From contig CAXKVF010000090.1 in assembly GCA_964057225.1 (NCBI GenBank), positions 62,001 to 126,000 on the forward strand: a DNA stretch of 64,000 bases, given 5' to 3'. The position numbers and the translations under genes are program-made. The stretch's first letter is position 1, and each line of letters opens with the position of its first letter. This DNA comes from Auanema rhodensis. Its lineage: Eukaryota; Animalia; Nematoda. The notes beneath the pieces were generated by a model. The model did no database searches. It worked only from the letters and a program-made list of their open reading frames with translations, and was not told where the DNA came from. Shown here piece after piece: positions 11,801-25,000 of this stretch.

Positions 11801-14800
11801 CATATTAGTCTAAAAACAAATTTTTATTGATATTGGTGCATGGTAACCATGACTTTGAAATTTACGTGAACTTTAATTTATGCTAATTAAATGTACACGT
11901 GATGTGCACTTGGTATGTAACTTGCTTCACGGGAAAGATAAAGAGATGCGGTTTTCAAAATTAGATCCCCCATGTCCATATTAGTCTAAAAACAAATTTT
12001 TATTGATATTGGTTCATGGTAACCATGACTTTGAAATTTACGTGAACTTTAATTTATGCTAATTAAATGTACACGTGATGTGCACTTGGTATGTAACTCG
12101 CTTCACGTGAAAGATAAAGAGATGCGGTTTTCAAAATTAGATTCCCCATGTCCATATTAGTCTAAAAACAAATTTTTATTGATATTGGTGCATGGTAACC
12201 ATGACTTTGAAATTTACGTGAACTTTAATTTATGCTAATTAAATGTACACGTGATGTGCACTTGGTATGTAACTCGCTTCACGTGAAAGATAAAGAGATG
12301 CGGTTTTCAAAATTAGATTCCCCATGTCTATATTAGTCTAAAAACAAATTTTTATTGATATTGGTGCATGGTAACCATGACTTTGAAATTTACGTGAACT
12401 TTAATTTATGCTAATTAAATGTACACGTGATGTGCACTTGGTATGTAACTCGCTTCACGTGAAAGATAAAGAGATGCGGTTTTCAAAATTAGATTCCCCA
12501 TGTCCATATTAGTCTAAAAACAAATTTTTATTCATATTGGTTCATGGTAACCATGACTTTGAAATTTACGTGAATTTTAATTTATGCTAATTAAATGTAC
12601 ACGTGATGTGCACTTGGTATGTAACTCGCTTCACGTGAAAGATAAAGAGATGCGGTTTTCAAAATTAGATTCCCCATGTCCATATTAGTCTAAAAACAAA
12701 TTTTTATTGATATTGGTGCATGGTAACCATGACTTTGAAATTTACGTGAACTTTAATTTATGCTAATTAAATGTACACGTGATGTGCACTTGGTATGTAA
12801 CTTGCTTCACGGGAAAGATAAAGAGATGCGGTTTTCAAAATTAGATCCCCCATGTCCATATTAGTCTAAAAACAAATTTTTATTGATATTGGTGCATGGT
12901 AACCATGACTTTGAAATTTACGTGAACTTTAATTTATGCTAATTAAATGTACACGTGATGTGCACTTGGTATGTAACTCGCTTCACGTGAAAGATAAAGA
13001 GATGCGGTTTTCAAAATTAGATTCCCCATGTCCATATTAGTCTAAAAACAAGATTTTATTGATATTGGTGCATGGTAACCATGACTTTGAAATTTACGTG
13101 AACTTTAATTTATGCTAATTAAATGTACACGTGATGTGCACTTGGTATGTAACTCGCTTCACGTGAAAGATAAAGAGATGCGGTTTTCAAAATTAGATTC
13201 CCCATGTCCATATTAGTCTAAAAACAAATTTTTATTGATATTGGTGCATGGTAACCATGACTTTGAAATTTACGTGAACTTTAATTTATGCTAATTAAAT
13301 GTACACGTGATGTGCACTTGGTATGTAACTTGCTTCACGGGAAAGATAAAGAGATGCGGTTTTCAAAATTAGATCCCCCATGTCCATATTAGTCTAAAAA
13401 CAAATTTTTATTGATATTGGTGCATGGTAACCATGACTTTGAAATTTACGTGAACTTTAATTTATGCTAATTAAATGTACACGTGATGTGCACTTGGTAT
13501 GTAACTCGCTTCACGTGAAAGATAAAGAGATGCGGTTTTCAAAATTAGATTCCCCATGTCCATATTAGTCTAAAAACAAGATTTTATTGATATTGGTGCA
13601 TGGTAACCATGACTTTGAAATTTACGTGAACTTTAATTTATGCTAATTAAATGTACACGTGATGTACACTTGGTATGTAACTCGCTTCACGTGAAAGATA
13701 AAGAGATGCGGTTTCCAAAATTAGATTCCCCATGTCCATATTAGTCTAAAAACAAATTTTTATTGATATTGGTGCATGGTAACCATGACTTTGAAATTTA
13801 CGTGAACTTTAATTTATGCTAATTAAATGTACACGTGATGTGCACTTGGTATGTAACTTGCTTCACGGGAAAGATAAAGAGATGCGGTTTTCAAAATTAG
13901 ATCCCCCATGTCCATATTAGTCTAAAAACAAATTTTTATTGATATTGGTTCATGGTAACCATGACTTTGAAATTTACGTGAACTTTAATTTATGCTAATT
14001 AAATGTACACGTGATGTGCACTTGGTATGTAACTCGCTTCACGTGAAAGATAAAGAGATGCGGTTTTCAAAATTGGATTCCCCATGTCCATATTAGTCTA
14101 AAAACAAATTTTTATTGATATTGCTTCATGGTAACCATGACTTTGAATTTTACGTGAACTTTAATTTATGCTAATTAAATGTACACGTGATGTGCACTTG
14201 GTATGTAACTCGCTTCACGTGAAAGATAAAGAGATGCGGTTTTCAAAATTAGATTCCCCATGTCCATATTAGTCTAAAAACAAGATTTTATTGATATTGG
14301 TGCATGGTAACCATGACTTTGAAATTTACGTGAACTTTAATTTATGCTAATTAAATGTACACGTGATGTGCACTTGGTATGTAACTCGCTTCACGTGAAA
14401 GATAAAGAGATGCGGTTTTCAAAATTAGATTCCCCATGTCCATATTAGTCTAAAAACAAATTTTTATTGATATTGGTTCATGGTAACCATGACTTTGAAA
14501 TTTACGTGAACTTTAATTTATGCTAATTAAATGTACACGTGATGTGCACTTGGTATGTAACTCGCTTCACGTGAAAGATAAAGAGATGCGGTTTTCAAAA
14601 TTAGATTCCCCATGTCCATATTAGTCTAAAAACAAATTTTTATTGATATTGGTGCATGGTAACCATGACTTTGAAATTTACGTGAACTTTAATTTATGCT
14701 AATTAAATGTACATGTGATGTGCACTTGGTATGTAACTCGCTTCACGTGAAAGATAAAGAGATGCGGTTTTCAAAATTAGATTCCCCATGTCCATATTAG

Positions 14801-15312
14801 TCTAAAAACAAATTGTTATTGATATTGCTTCATGGTAACCATGACTTTGAAATTTACGTGAACTTTAATTTATGCTAATTAAATGTACACGTGATGTGCA
14901 CTTGATATGTAACTCGCTTCACGTGAAAGATAAAGAGATGCGGTTTTCAAAATTAGATTCCCCATGTCCATATTAGTCTAAAAACAAATTTTTATTGATA
15001 TTGGTGCATGGTAACCATGACTTTGAAATTTACGTGAACTTTAATTTATGCTAATTAAATGTACACGTGATGTGCACTTGGTATGTAACTCGCTTCACGT
15101 GAAAGATAAAGAGATGCGGTTTTCAAAATTAGATTCCCCATGTCCATATTAGTCTAAAAACAAATTTTTATTGATATTGGTGCATGGTAACCATGACTTT
15201 GAAATTTACGTGAACTTTAATTTATGCTAATTAAATGTACACGTGATGTGCACTTGGTATGTAACTCGCTTCACGTGAAAGATAAAGAGATGCGGTTTTC
15301 AAAATTAGATTC

Positions 15313-18300
15313 CCCATGTCCATATTAGTCTAAAAACAAATTTTTATTGATATTGGTTCATGGTAACCATGACTTTGAAATTTACGTGAACTTTAATTTA
15401 TGCTAATTAAATGTACACGTGATGTGCACTTGGTATGTAACTCTCTTCACGTGAAAGATAAAGAGATGCGGTTTTCAAAATTAGATTCCCCATGTCCATA
15501 TTAGTCTAAAAACAAATTTTTATTGATATTGGTGCATGGTAACCATGACTTTGAAATTTACGTGAACTTTAATTTATGCTAATTAAATGTACACGTGATG
15601 TGCACTTGGTATGTAACTCGCTTCACGTGAAAGATAGAGAGATGCGGTTTTCAAAATTAGATTACCCATGTCCATATTAGTCTAAAAACAAATTTTTATT
15701 GATATTGGTTCATGGTAACCATGACTTTGAAATTTACGTGAACTTTAATTTATGCTAATTAAATGTACACGTGATGTGCACTTGGTATGTAACTCTCTTC
15801 ACGTGAAAGATAAAGAGATGCGGTTTTCAAAATTAGATTCCCCATGTCCATATTAGTCTAAAAACAAATTTTTATTGATATTGGTGCATGGTAACCATGA
15901 CTTTGAAATTTACGTGAACTTTAATTTATGCTAATTAAATGTACACGTGATGTGCACTTGGTATGTAACTCGCTTCACGTGAAAGATAAAGAGATGCGGT
16001 TTTCAAAATTAGATTCCCCATGTCTATATTAGTCTAAAAACAAATTTTTATTGATATTGGTGCATGGTAACCATGACTTTGAAATTTACGTGAACTTTAA
16101 TTTATGCTAATTAAATGTACACGTGATGTGCACTTGGTATGTAACTCGCTTCACGTGAAAGATAAAGAGATGCGGTTTTCAAAATTAGATTACCCATGTC
16201 CATATTAGTCTAAAAACAAATTTTTATTGATATTGGTTCATGGTAACCATGACTTTGAAATTTACGTGAACTTTAATTTATGCTAATTAAATGTACACGT
16301 GATGTGCACTTGGTATGTAACTCGCTTCACGTGAAAGATAAAGAGATGCGGTTTTCAAAATTAGATCCCCCATGTCCATATTAGTCTAAAAACAAATTTT
16401 TATTGATATTGGTGCATGGTAACCATGACTTTGAAATTTACGTGAACTTAAATTTATGCTAATTAAATGTACACGTGATGTGCACTTGGTATGTAACTCG
16501 CTTCACGTGAAAGATAAAGAGATGCGGTTTTCAAAATTAGATTCCCCATGTCCATATTAGTCTAAAAACAAATTTTTATTGATATTGGTTCATGGTAACC
16601 ATGACTTTGAAATTTACGTGAACTTTAATTTATGCTAATTAAATGTACACGTGATGTGCACTTGGTATGTAACTCTCTTCACGTGAAAGATAAAGAGATG
16701 CGGTTTTCAAAATTAGATTCCCCATGTCCATATTAGTCTAAAAACAAATTTTTATTGATATTGGTGCATGGTAACCATGACTTTGAAATTTACGTGAACT
16801 TTAATTTATGCTAATTAAATGTACACGTGATGTGCACTTGGTATGTAACTCGCTTCACGTGAAAGATAAAGAGATGCGGTTTTCAAAATTAGATTCCCCA
16901 TGTCCATATTAGTCTAAAAACAAATTTTTATTGATATTGGTTCATGGTAACCATGACTTTGAAATTTACGTGAACTTTAATTTATGCTAATTAAATGTAC
17001 ACGTGATGTGCACTTGGTATGTAACTCGCTTCACGTGAAAGATAAAGAGATGCGGTTTTCAAAATTAGATTCCCCATGTCCATATTAGTCTAAAAACAAA
17101 TTTTTATTGATATTGGTGCATGGTAACCATGACTTTGAAATTTACGTGAACTTTAATTTATGCTAATTAAATGTACACGTGATGTGCACTTGGTATGTAA
17201 CTCGCTTCACGTGAAAGATAAAGAGATGCGGTTTTCAAAATTAGATTCCCCATGTCCATATTAGTCTAAAAACAAATTTTTATTGATATTGGTTCATGGT
17301 AACCATGACTTTGAAATTTACGTGAACTTTAATTTATGCTAATTAAATGTACACGTGATGTGCACTTGGTATGTAACTCGCTTCACGTGAAAGATAAAGA
17401 GATGCGGTTTTCAAAATTAGATTACCCATGTCCATATTAGTCTAAAAACAAATTTTTATTGATATTGGTGCATGGTAACCATGACTTTGAAATTTACGTG
17501 AACTTAAATTTATGCTAATTAAATGTACACGTGATGTGCACTTGGTATGTAACTCGCTTCACGTCAAAGATAAAGAGATGCGGTTTTCAAAATTAGATTC
17601 CCCATGTCCATATTAGTCTAAAAACAAATTTTTATTGATATTGCTTCATGGTAACCATGACTTTGAAATTTACGTGAACTTTAATTTATGCTAATTAAAT
17701 GTACACGTGATGTGCACTTGGTATGTAACTCGCTTCACGTGAAAGATAAAGAGATGCGGTTTTCAAAATTAGATTCCCCATGTCCATATTAGTCTAAAAA
17801 CAAATTTTTATTGATATTGGTTCATGGTAACCATGACTTTGAAATTTACGTGAACTTTAATTTATGCTAATTAAATGTACACGTGATGTGCACTTGGTAT
17901 GTAACTCGCTTCACGTGAAAGATAAAGAGATGCGGTTTTCAAAATTAGATTCCTCATGTCCATATTAGTCTAAAAACAAATTTTTATTGATATTGGTGCA
18001 TGGTAACCATGACTTTGAAATTTACGTGAACTTAAATTTATGCTAATTAAATGTACACGTGATGTGCACTTGGTATGTAACTCGCTTCACGTGAAAGATA
18101 AAGAGATGCGGTTTTCAAAATTAGATTCCCCATGTCCATATTAGTCTAAAAACAAATTTTTATTGATATTGGTTCATGGTAACCATGACTTTGAAATTTA
18201 CGTGAACTTTAATTTATGCTAATTAAATGTACACGTGATGTGCACTTGGTATGTAACTCTCTTCACGTGAAAGATAAAGAGATGCGGTTTTCAAAATTAG

Positions 18301-21300
18301 ATTCCCCATGTCCATATTAGTCTAAAAACAAATTTTTATTGATATTGGTGCATGGTAACCATGACTTTGAAATTTACGTGAACTTTAATTTATGCTAATT
18401 AAATGTACACGTGATGTGCACTTGGTATGTAACTCGCTTCACGTGAAAGATAAAGAGATGCGGTTTTCAAAATTAGATTCCCCATGTCCATATTAGTCTA
18501 AAAACAAATTTTTATTGATATTGGTTCATGGTAACCATGACTTTGAAATTTACGTGAACTTTAATTTATGCTAATTAAATGTACACGTGATGTGCACTTG
18601 GTATGTAACTCGCTTCACGTGAAAGATAAAGAGATGCGGTTTTCAAAATTAGATTCCCCATGTCCATATTAGTCTAAAAACAAATTTTTATTGATATTGG
18701 TTCATGGTAACCATGACTTTGAAATTTACGTGAACTTTAATTTATGCTAATTAAATGTACACGTGATGTGCACTTGGTATGTAACTCTCTTCACGTGAAA
18801 GATAAAGAGATGCGGTTTTCAAAATTAGATTCCCCATGTCCATATTAGTCTAAAAACAAATTTTTATTGATATTGGTGCATGGTAACCATGACTTTGAAA
18901 TTTACGTGAACTTTAATTTATGCTAATTAAATGTACACGTGATGTGCACTTGGTATGTAACTCGCTTCACGTGAAAGATAAAGAGATGCGGTTTTCAAAA
19001 TTAGATTACCCATGTCCATATTAGTCTAAAAACAAATTTTTATTGATATTGGTTCATGGTAACCATGACTTTGAAATTTACGTGAACTTTAATTTATGCT
19101 AATTAAATGTACACGTGATGTGCACTTGGTATGTAACTCTCTTCACGTGAAAGATAAAGAGATGCGGTTTTCAAAATTAGATTCCCCATGTCCATATTAG
19201 TCTAAAAACAAATTTTTATTGATATTGGTGCATGGTAACCATGACTTTGAAATTTACGTGAACTTTAATTTATGCTAATTAAATGTACACGTGATGTGCA
19301 CTTGGTATGTAACTCGCTTCACGTGAAAGATAAAGAGATGCGGTTTTCAAAATTAGATTCCCCATGTCTATATTAGTCTAAAAACAAATTTTTATTGATA
19401 TTGGTGCATGGTAACCATGACTTTGAAATTTACGTGAACTTTAATTTATGCTAATTAAATGTACACGTGATGTGCACTTGGTATGTAACTCGCTTCACGT
19501 GAAAGATAAAGAGATGCGGTTTTCAAAATTAGATTACCCATGTCCATATTAGTCTAAAAACAAATTTTTATTGATATTGGTTCATGGTAACCATGACTTT
19601 GAAATTTACGTGAACTTTAATTTATGCTAATTAAATGTACACGTGATGTGCACTTGGTATGTAACTCGCTTCACGTGAAAGATAAAGAGATGCGGTTTTC
19701 AAAATTAGATCCCCCATGTCCATATTAGTCTAAAAACCAATTTTTATTGATATTGGTGCATGGTAACCATGACTTTGAAATTTACGTGAACTTAAATTTA
19801 TGCTAATTAAATGTACACGTGATGTGCACTTGGTATGTAACTCGCTTCACGTGAAAGATAAAGAGATGCGGTTTTCAAAATTAGATTCCCCATGTCCATA
19901 TTAGTCTAAAAACAAATTTTTATTGATATTGGTTCATGGTAACCATGACTTTGAAATTTACGTGAACTTTAATTTATGCTAATTAAATGTACACGTGATG
20001 TGCACTTGGTATGTAACTCTCTTCACGTGAAAGATAAAGAGATGCGGTTTTCAAAATTAGATTCCCCATGTCCATATTAGTCTAAAAACAAATTTTTATT
20101 GATATTGGTGCATGGTAACCATGACTTTGAAATTTACGTGAACTTTAATTTATGCTAATTAAATGTACACGTGATGTGCACTTGGTATGTAACTCGCTTC
20201 ACGTGAAAGATAAAGAGATGCGGTTTTCAAAATTAGATTCCCCATGTCCATATTAGTCTAAAAACAAATTTTTATTGATATTGGTTCATGGTAACCATGA
20301 CTTTGAAATTTACGTGAACTTTAATTTATGCTAATTAAATGTACACGTGATGTGCACTTGGTATGTAACTCGCTTCACGTGAAAGATAAAGAGATGCGGT
20401 TTTCAAAATTAGATTACCCATGTCCATATTAGTCTAAAAACAAATTTTTATTGATATTGGTGCATGGTAACCATGACTTTGAAATTTACGTGAACTTAAA
20501 TTTATGCTAATTAAATGTACACGTGATGTGCACTTGGTATGTAACTCGCTTCACGTCAAAGATAAAGAGATGCGGTTTTCAAAATTAGATTCCCCATGTC
20601 CATATTAGTCTAAAAACAAATTTTTATTGATATTGCTTCATGGTAACCATGACTTTGAAATTTACGTGAACTTTAATTTATGCTAATTAAATGTACACGT
20701 GATGTGCACTTGGTATGTAACTCGCTTCACGTGAAAGATAAAGAGATGCGGTTTTCAAAATTAGATTCCCCATGTCCATATTAGTCTAAAAACAAATTTT
20801 TATTGATATTGGTTCATGGTAACCATGACTTTGAAATTTACGTGAACTTTAATTTATGCTAATTAAATGTACACGTGATGTGCACTTGGTATGTAACTCG
20901 CTTCACGTGAAAGATAAAGAGATGCGGTTTTCAAAATTAGATTCCTCATGTCCATATTAGTCTAAAAACAAATTTTTATTGATATTGGTGCATGGTAACC
21001 ATGACTTTGAAATTTACGTGAACTTAAATTTATGCTAATTAAATGTACACGTGATGTGCACTTGGTATGTAACTCGCTTCACGTGAAAGATAAAGAGATG
21101 CGGTTTTCAAAATTAGATTCCCCATGTCCATATTAGTCTAAAAACAAATTTTTATTGATATTGGTTCATGGTAACCAAGACTTTGAAATTTACGTGAACT
21201 TTAATTTATGCTAATTAAATGTACACGTGATGTGCACTTGGTATGTAACTCTCTTCACGTGAAAGATAAAGAGATGCGGTTTTCAAAATTAGATTCCCCA

Positions 21301-22000
21301 TGTCCATATTAGTCTAAAAACAAATTTTTATTGATATTGGTGCATGGTAACCATGACTTTGAAATTTACGTGAACTTTAATTTATGCTAATTAAATGTAC
21401 ACGTGATGTGCACTTGGTATGTAACTCGCTTCACGTGAAAGATAAAGAGATGCGGTTTTCAAAATTAGATTCCCCATGTCCATATTAGTCTAAAAACAAA
21501 TTTTTATTGATATTGGTTCATGGTAACCATAACTTTGAAATTTACGTGAACTTTAATTTATGCTAATTAAATGTACACGTGATGTGCACTTGGTATGTAA
21601 CTCGCTTCACGTGAAAGATAAAGAGATGCGGTTTTCAAAATTAGATTACCCATGTCCATATTAGTCTAAAAACAAATTTTTATTGATATTGGTGCATGGT
21701 AACCATGACTTTGAAATTTACGTGAACTTAAATTTATGCTAATTAAATGTACACGTGATGTGCACTTGGTATGTAACTCGCTTCACGTCAAAGATAAAGA
21801 GATGCGGTTTTCAAAATTAGATTCCCCATGTCCATATTAGTCTAAAAACAAATTTTTATTGATATTGCTTCATGGTAACCATGACTTTGAAATTTACGTG
21901 AACTTTAATTTATGCTAATTAAATGTACACGTGATGTGCACTTGGTATGTAACTCGCTTCACGTGAAAGATAAAGAGATGCGGTTTTCAAAATTAGATTC
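15313..22000 (+). repeat. Duplicated 17-19-monomer block followed by a 7-monomer partial copy
   Basis: 16025/19369 and 16450/19794 are 3344 bp apart (19 x 176); 17565/20557 are 2992 bp apart (17 x 176); 20557/21789 are 1232 bp apart (7 x 176). Confidence 0.8.
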
Positions 22001-25000
22001 CCCATGTCCATATTAGTCTAAAAACAAATTTTTATTGATATTGGTTCATGGTAACCATGACTTTGAAATTTACGTGAACTTTAATTTATGCTAATTAAAT
22101 GTACACGTGATGTGCACTTGGTATGTAACTCGCTTCACGTGAAAGATAAAGAGATGCGGTTTTCAAAATTAGATTCCCCATGTCCATATTAGTCTAAAAA
22201 CAAATTTTTATTGATATTGGTGCATGGTAACCATGACTTTGAAATTTACGTGAACTTTAATTTATGCTAATTAAATGTACACGTGATGTGCACTTGGTAT
22301 GTAACTCGCTTCACGTGAAAGATAAAGAGATGCGGTTTTCAAAATTAGATTCCCCATGTCCATATTAGTCTAAAAACCAATTTTTATTGATATTGGTTCA
22401 TGGTAACCATGACTTTGAAATTTACGTGAACTTTAATTTATGCTAATTAAATGTACACGTGATGTGCACTTGGTATGTAACTCGCTTCACGTGAAAGATA
22501 AAGAGATGCGGTTTTCAAAATTAGATTCCCCATGTCCATATTAGTCTAAAAACAAATTTTTATTGATATTGGTGCATGGTAACCATGACTTTGAAATTTA
22601 CGTGAACTTTAATTTATGCTAATTAAATGTACACGTGATGTGCACTTGGTATGTAACTCGCTTCACGTGAAAGATAAAGAGATGCGGTTTTCAAAATTAG
22701 ATTCCCCATGTCCATATTAGTCTAAAAACAAATTTTTATTGATATTGGTGCATGGTAACCATGACTTTGAAATTTACGTGAACTTTAATTTATGCTAATT
22801 AAATGTACACGTGATGTGCACTTGGTATGTAACTCGCTTCACGTGAAAGATAAAGAGATGCGGTTTTCAAAATTAGATTCCCCATGTCCATATTAGTCTA
22901 AAAACAAATTTTTATTGATATTGGTTCATGGTAACCATGACTTTGAAATTTACGTGAACTTTAATTTATGCTAATTAAATGTACACGTGATGTGCACTTG
23001 GTATGTAACTCGCTTCACGTGAAAGATAAAGAGATGCGGTTTTCAAAATTAGATTCCCCATGTCCATATTAGTCTAAAAACAAATTTTTATTGATATTGC
23101 TTCATGGTAACCATGACTTTGAAATTTACGTGAACTTTAATTTATGCTAATTAAATGTACACGTGATGTGCACTTGGTATGTAACTCGCTTCACGTGAAA
23201 GATAAAGAGATGCGGTTTTCAAAATTAGATTCCCCATGTCCATATTAGTCTAAAAACAAATTTTTATTGATATTGCTTCATGGTAACCATGACTTTGAAA
23301 TTTACGTGAACTTTAATTTATGCTAATTAAATGTACACGTGATGTGCACTTGGTATGTAACTCGCTTCACGTGAACGATAAAGAGATGCGGTTTTCAAAA
23401 TTAGATTCCCCATGTCCATATTAGTCTAAAAACAAATTTTTATTGATATTGGTTCATGGTAACCATGACTTTGAAATTTACGTGAACTTTAATTTATGCT
23501 AATTAAATGTACACGTGATGTGCACTTGGTATGTAACTCGCTTCACGTGAAAGATAAAGAGATGCGGTTTTCAAAATTAGATTCCCCATGTCCATATTAG
23601 TCTAAAAACAAATTTTTATTGATATTGCTTCATGGTAACCATGACTTTGAAATTTACGTGAATTTTAATTTATGCTAATTAAATGTACACGTGATGTGCA
23701 CTTGGTATGTAACTCGCTTCACGTGAAAGATAAAGAGATGCGGTTTTCAAAATTAGATTCCCCATGTCCATATTAGTCTAAAAACAAATTTTTATTGATA
23801 TTGCTTCATGGTAACCATGACTTTGAAATTTACGTGAACTTTAATTTATGCTAATTAAATGTACACGTGATGTGCACTTGGTATGTAACTCGCTTCACGT
23901 GAAAGATAAAGAGATGCGGTTTTCAAAATTAGATTCCCCATGACCATATTAGTCTAAAAACAAATTTTTATTGATATTGGTTCATGGTAACCATGACTTT
24001 GAAATTTACGTGAACTTTAATTTATGCTAATTAAATGTACACGTGATGTGCACTTGGTATGTAACTCGCTTCACGTGAAAGATAAAGAGATGCGGTTTTC
24101 AAAATTAGATTCCCCATGTCCATATTAGTCTAAAAACAAATTTTTATTGATATTGGTGCATGGTAACCATGACTTTGAATTTTACGTGAACTTTAATTTA
24201 TGCTAATTAAATGTACACGTGATGTGCACTTGGTATGTAACTCGCTTCACGTGAAAGATAAAGAGATGCGGTTTTCAAAATTAGATTCCCCATGTCCATA
24301 TTAATCTAAAAACAAATTTTTATTGATATTGGTTCATGGTAACCATGACTTTGAAATTTACGTGAACTTTAATTTATGCTAATTAAATGTACACGTGATG
24401 TGCACTTGGTATGTAACTCGCTTCACGTGAAAGATAAAGAGATGCGGTTTTGAAAATTAGATTCCCCATGTCCATATTAGTCTAAAAACAAATTTTTATT
24501 GATATTGCTTCATGGTAACCATGACTTTGAAATTTACGTGAACTTTAATTTATGCTAATTAAATGTACACGTGATGTGCACTTGGTATGTAACTCGCTTC
24601 ACGTGAAAGATAAAGAGATGCGGTTTTCAAAATTAGATTCCCCATGTCCATATTAATCTAAAAACAAATTTTTATTGATATTGGTTCATGGTAACCATGA
24701 CTTTGAAATTTACGTGAACTTTAATTTATGCTAATTAAATGTACACGTGATGTGCACTTGGTATGTAACTCGCTTCACGTGAAAGATAAAGAGATGCGGT
24801 TTTCAAAATTAGATTCCCCATGTCCATATTAATCTAAAAACAAATTTTTATTGATATTGGTTCATGGTAACCATGACTTTGAAATTTACGTGAACTTTAA
24901 TTTATGCTAATTAAATGTACACGTGATGTGCACTTGGTATGTAACTCGCTTCACGTGAAAGATAAAAAGATGCGGTTTTCAAAATTAGATTCCCCATGTC

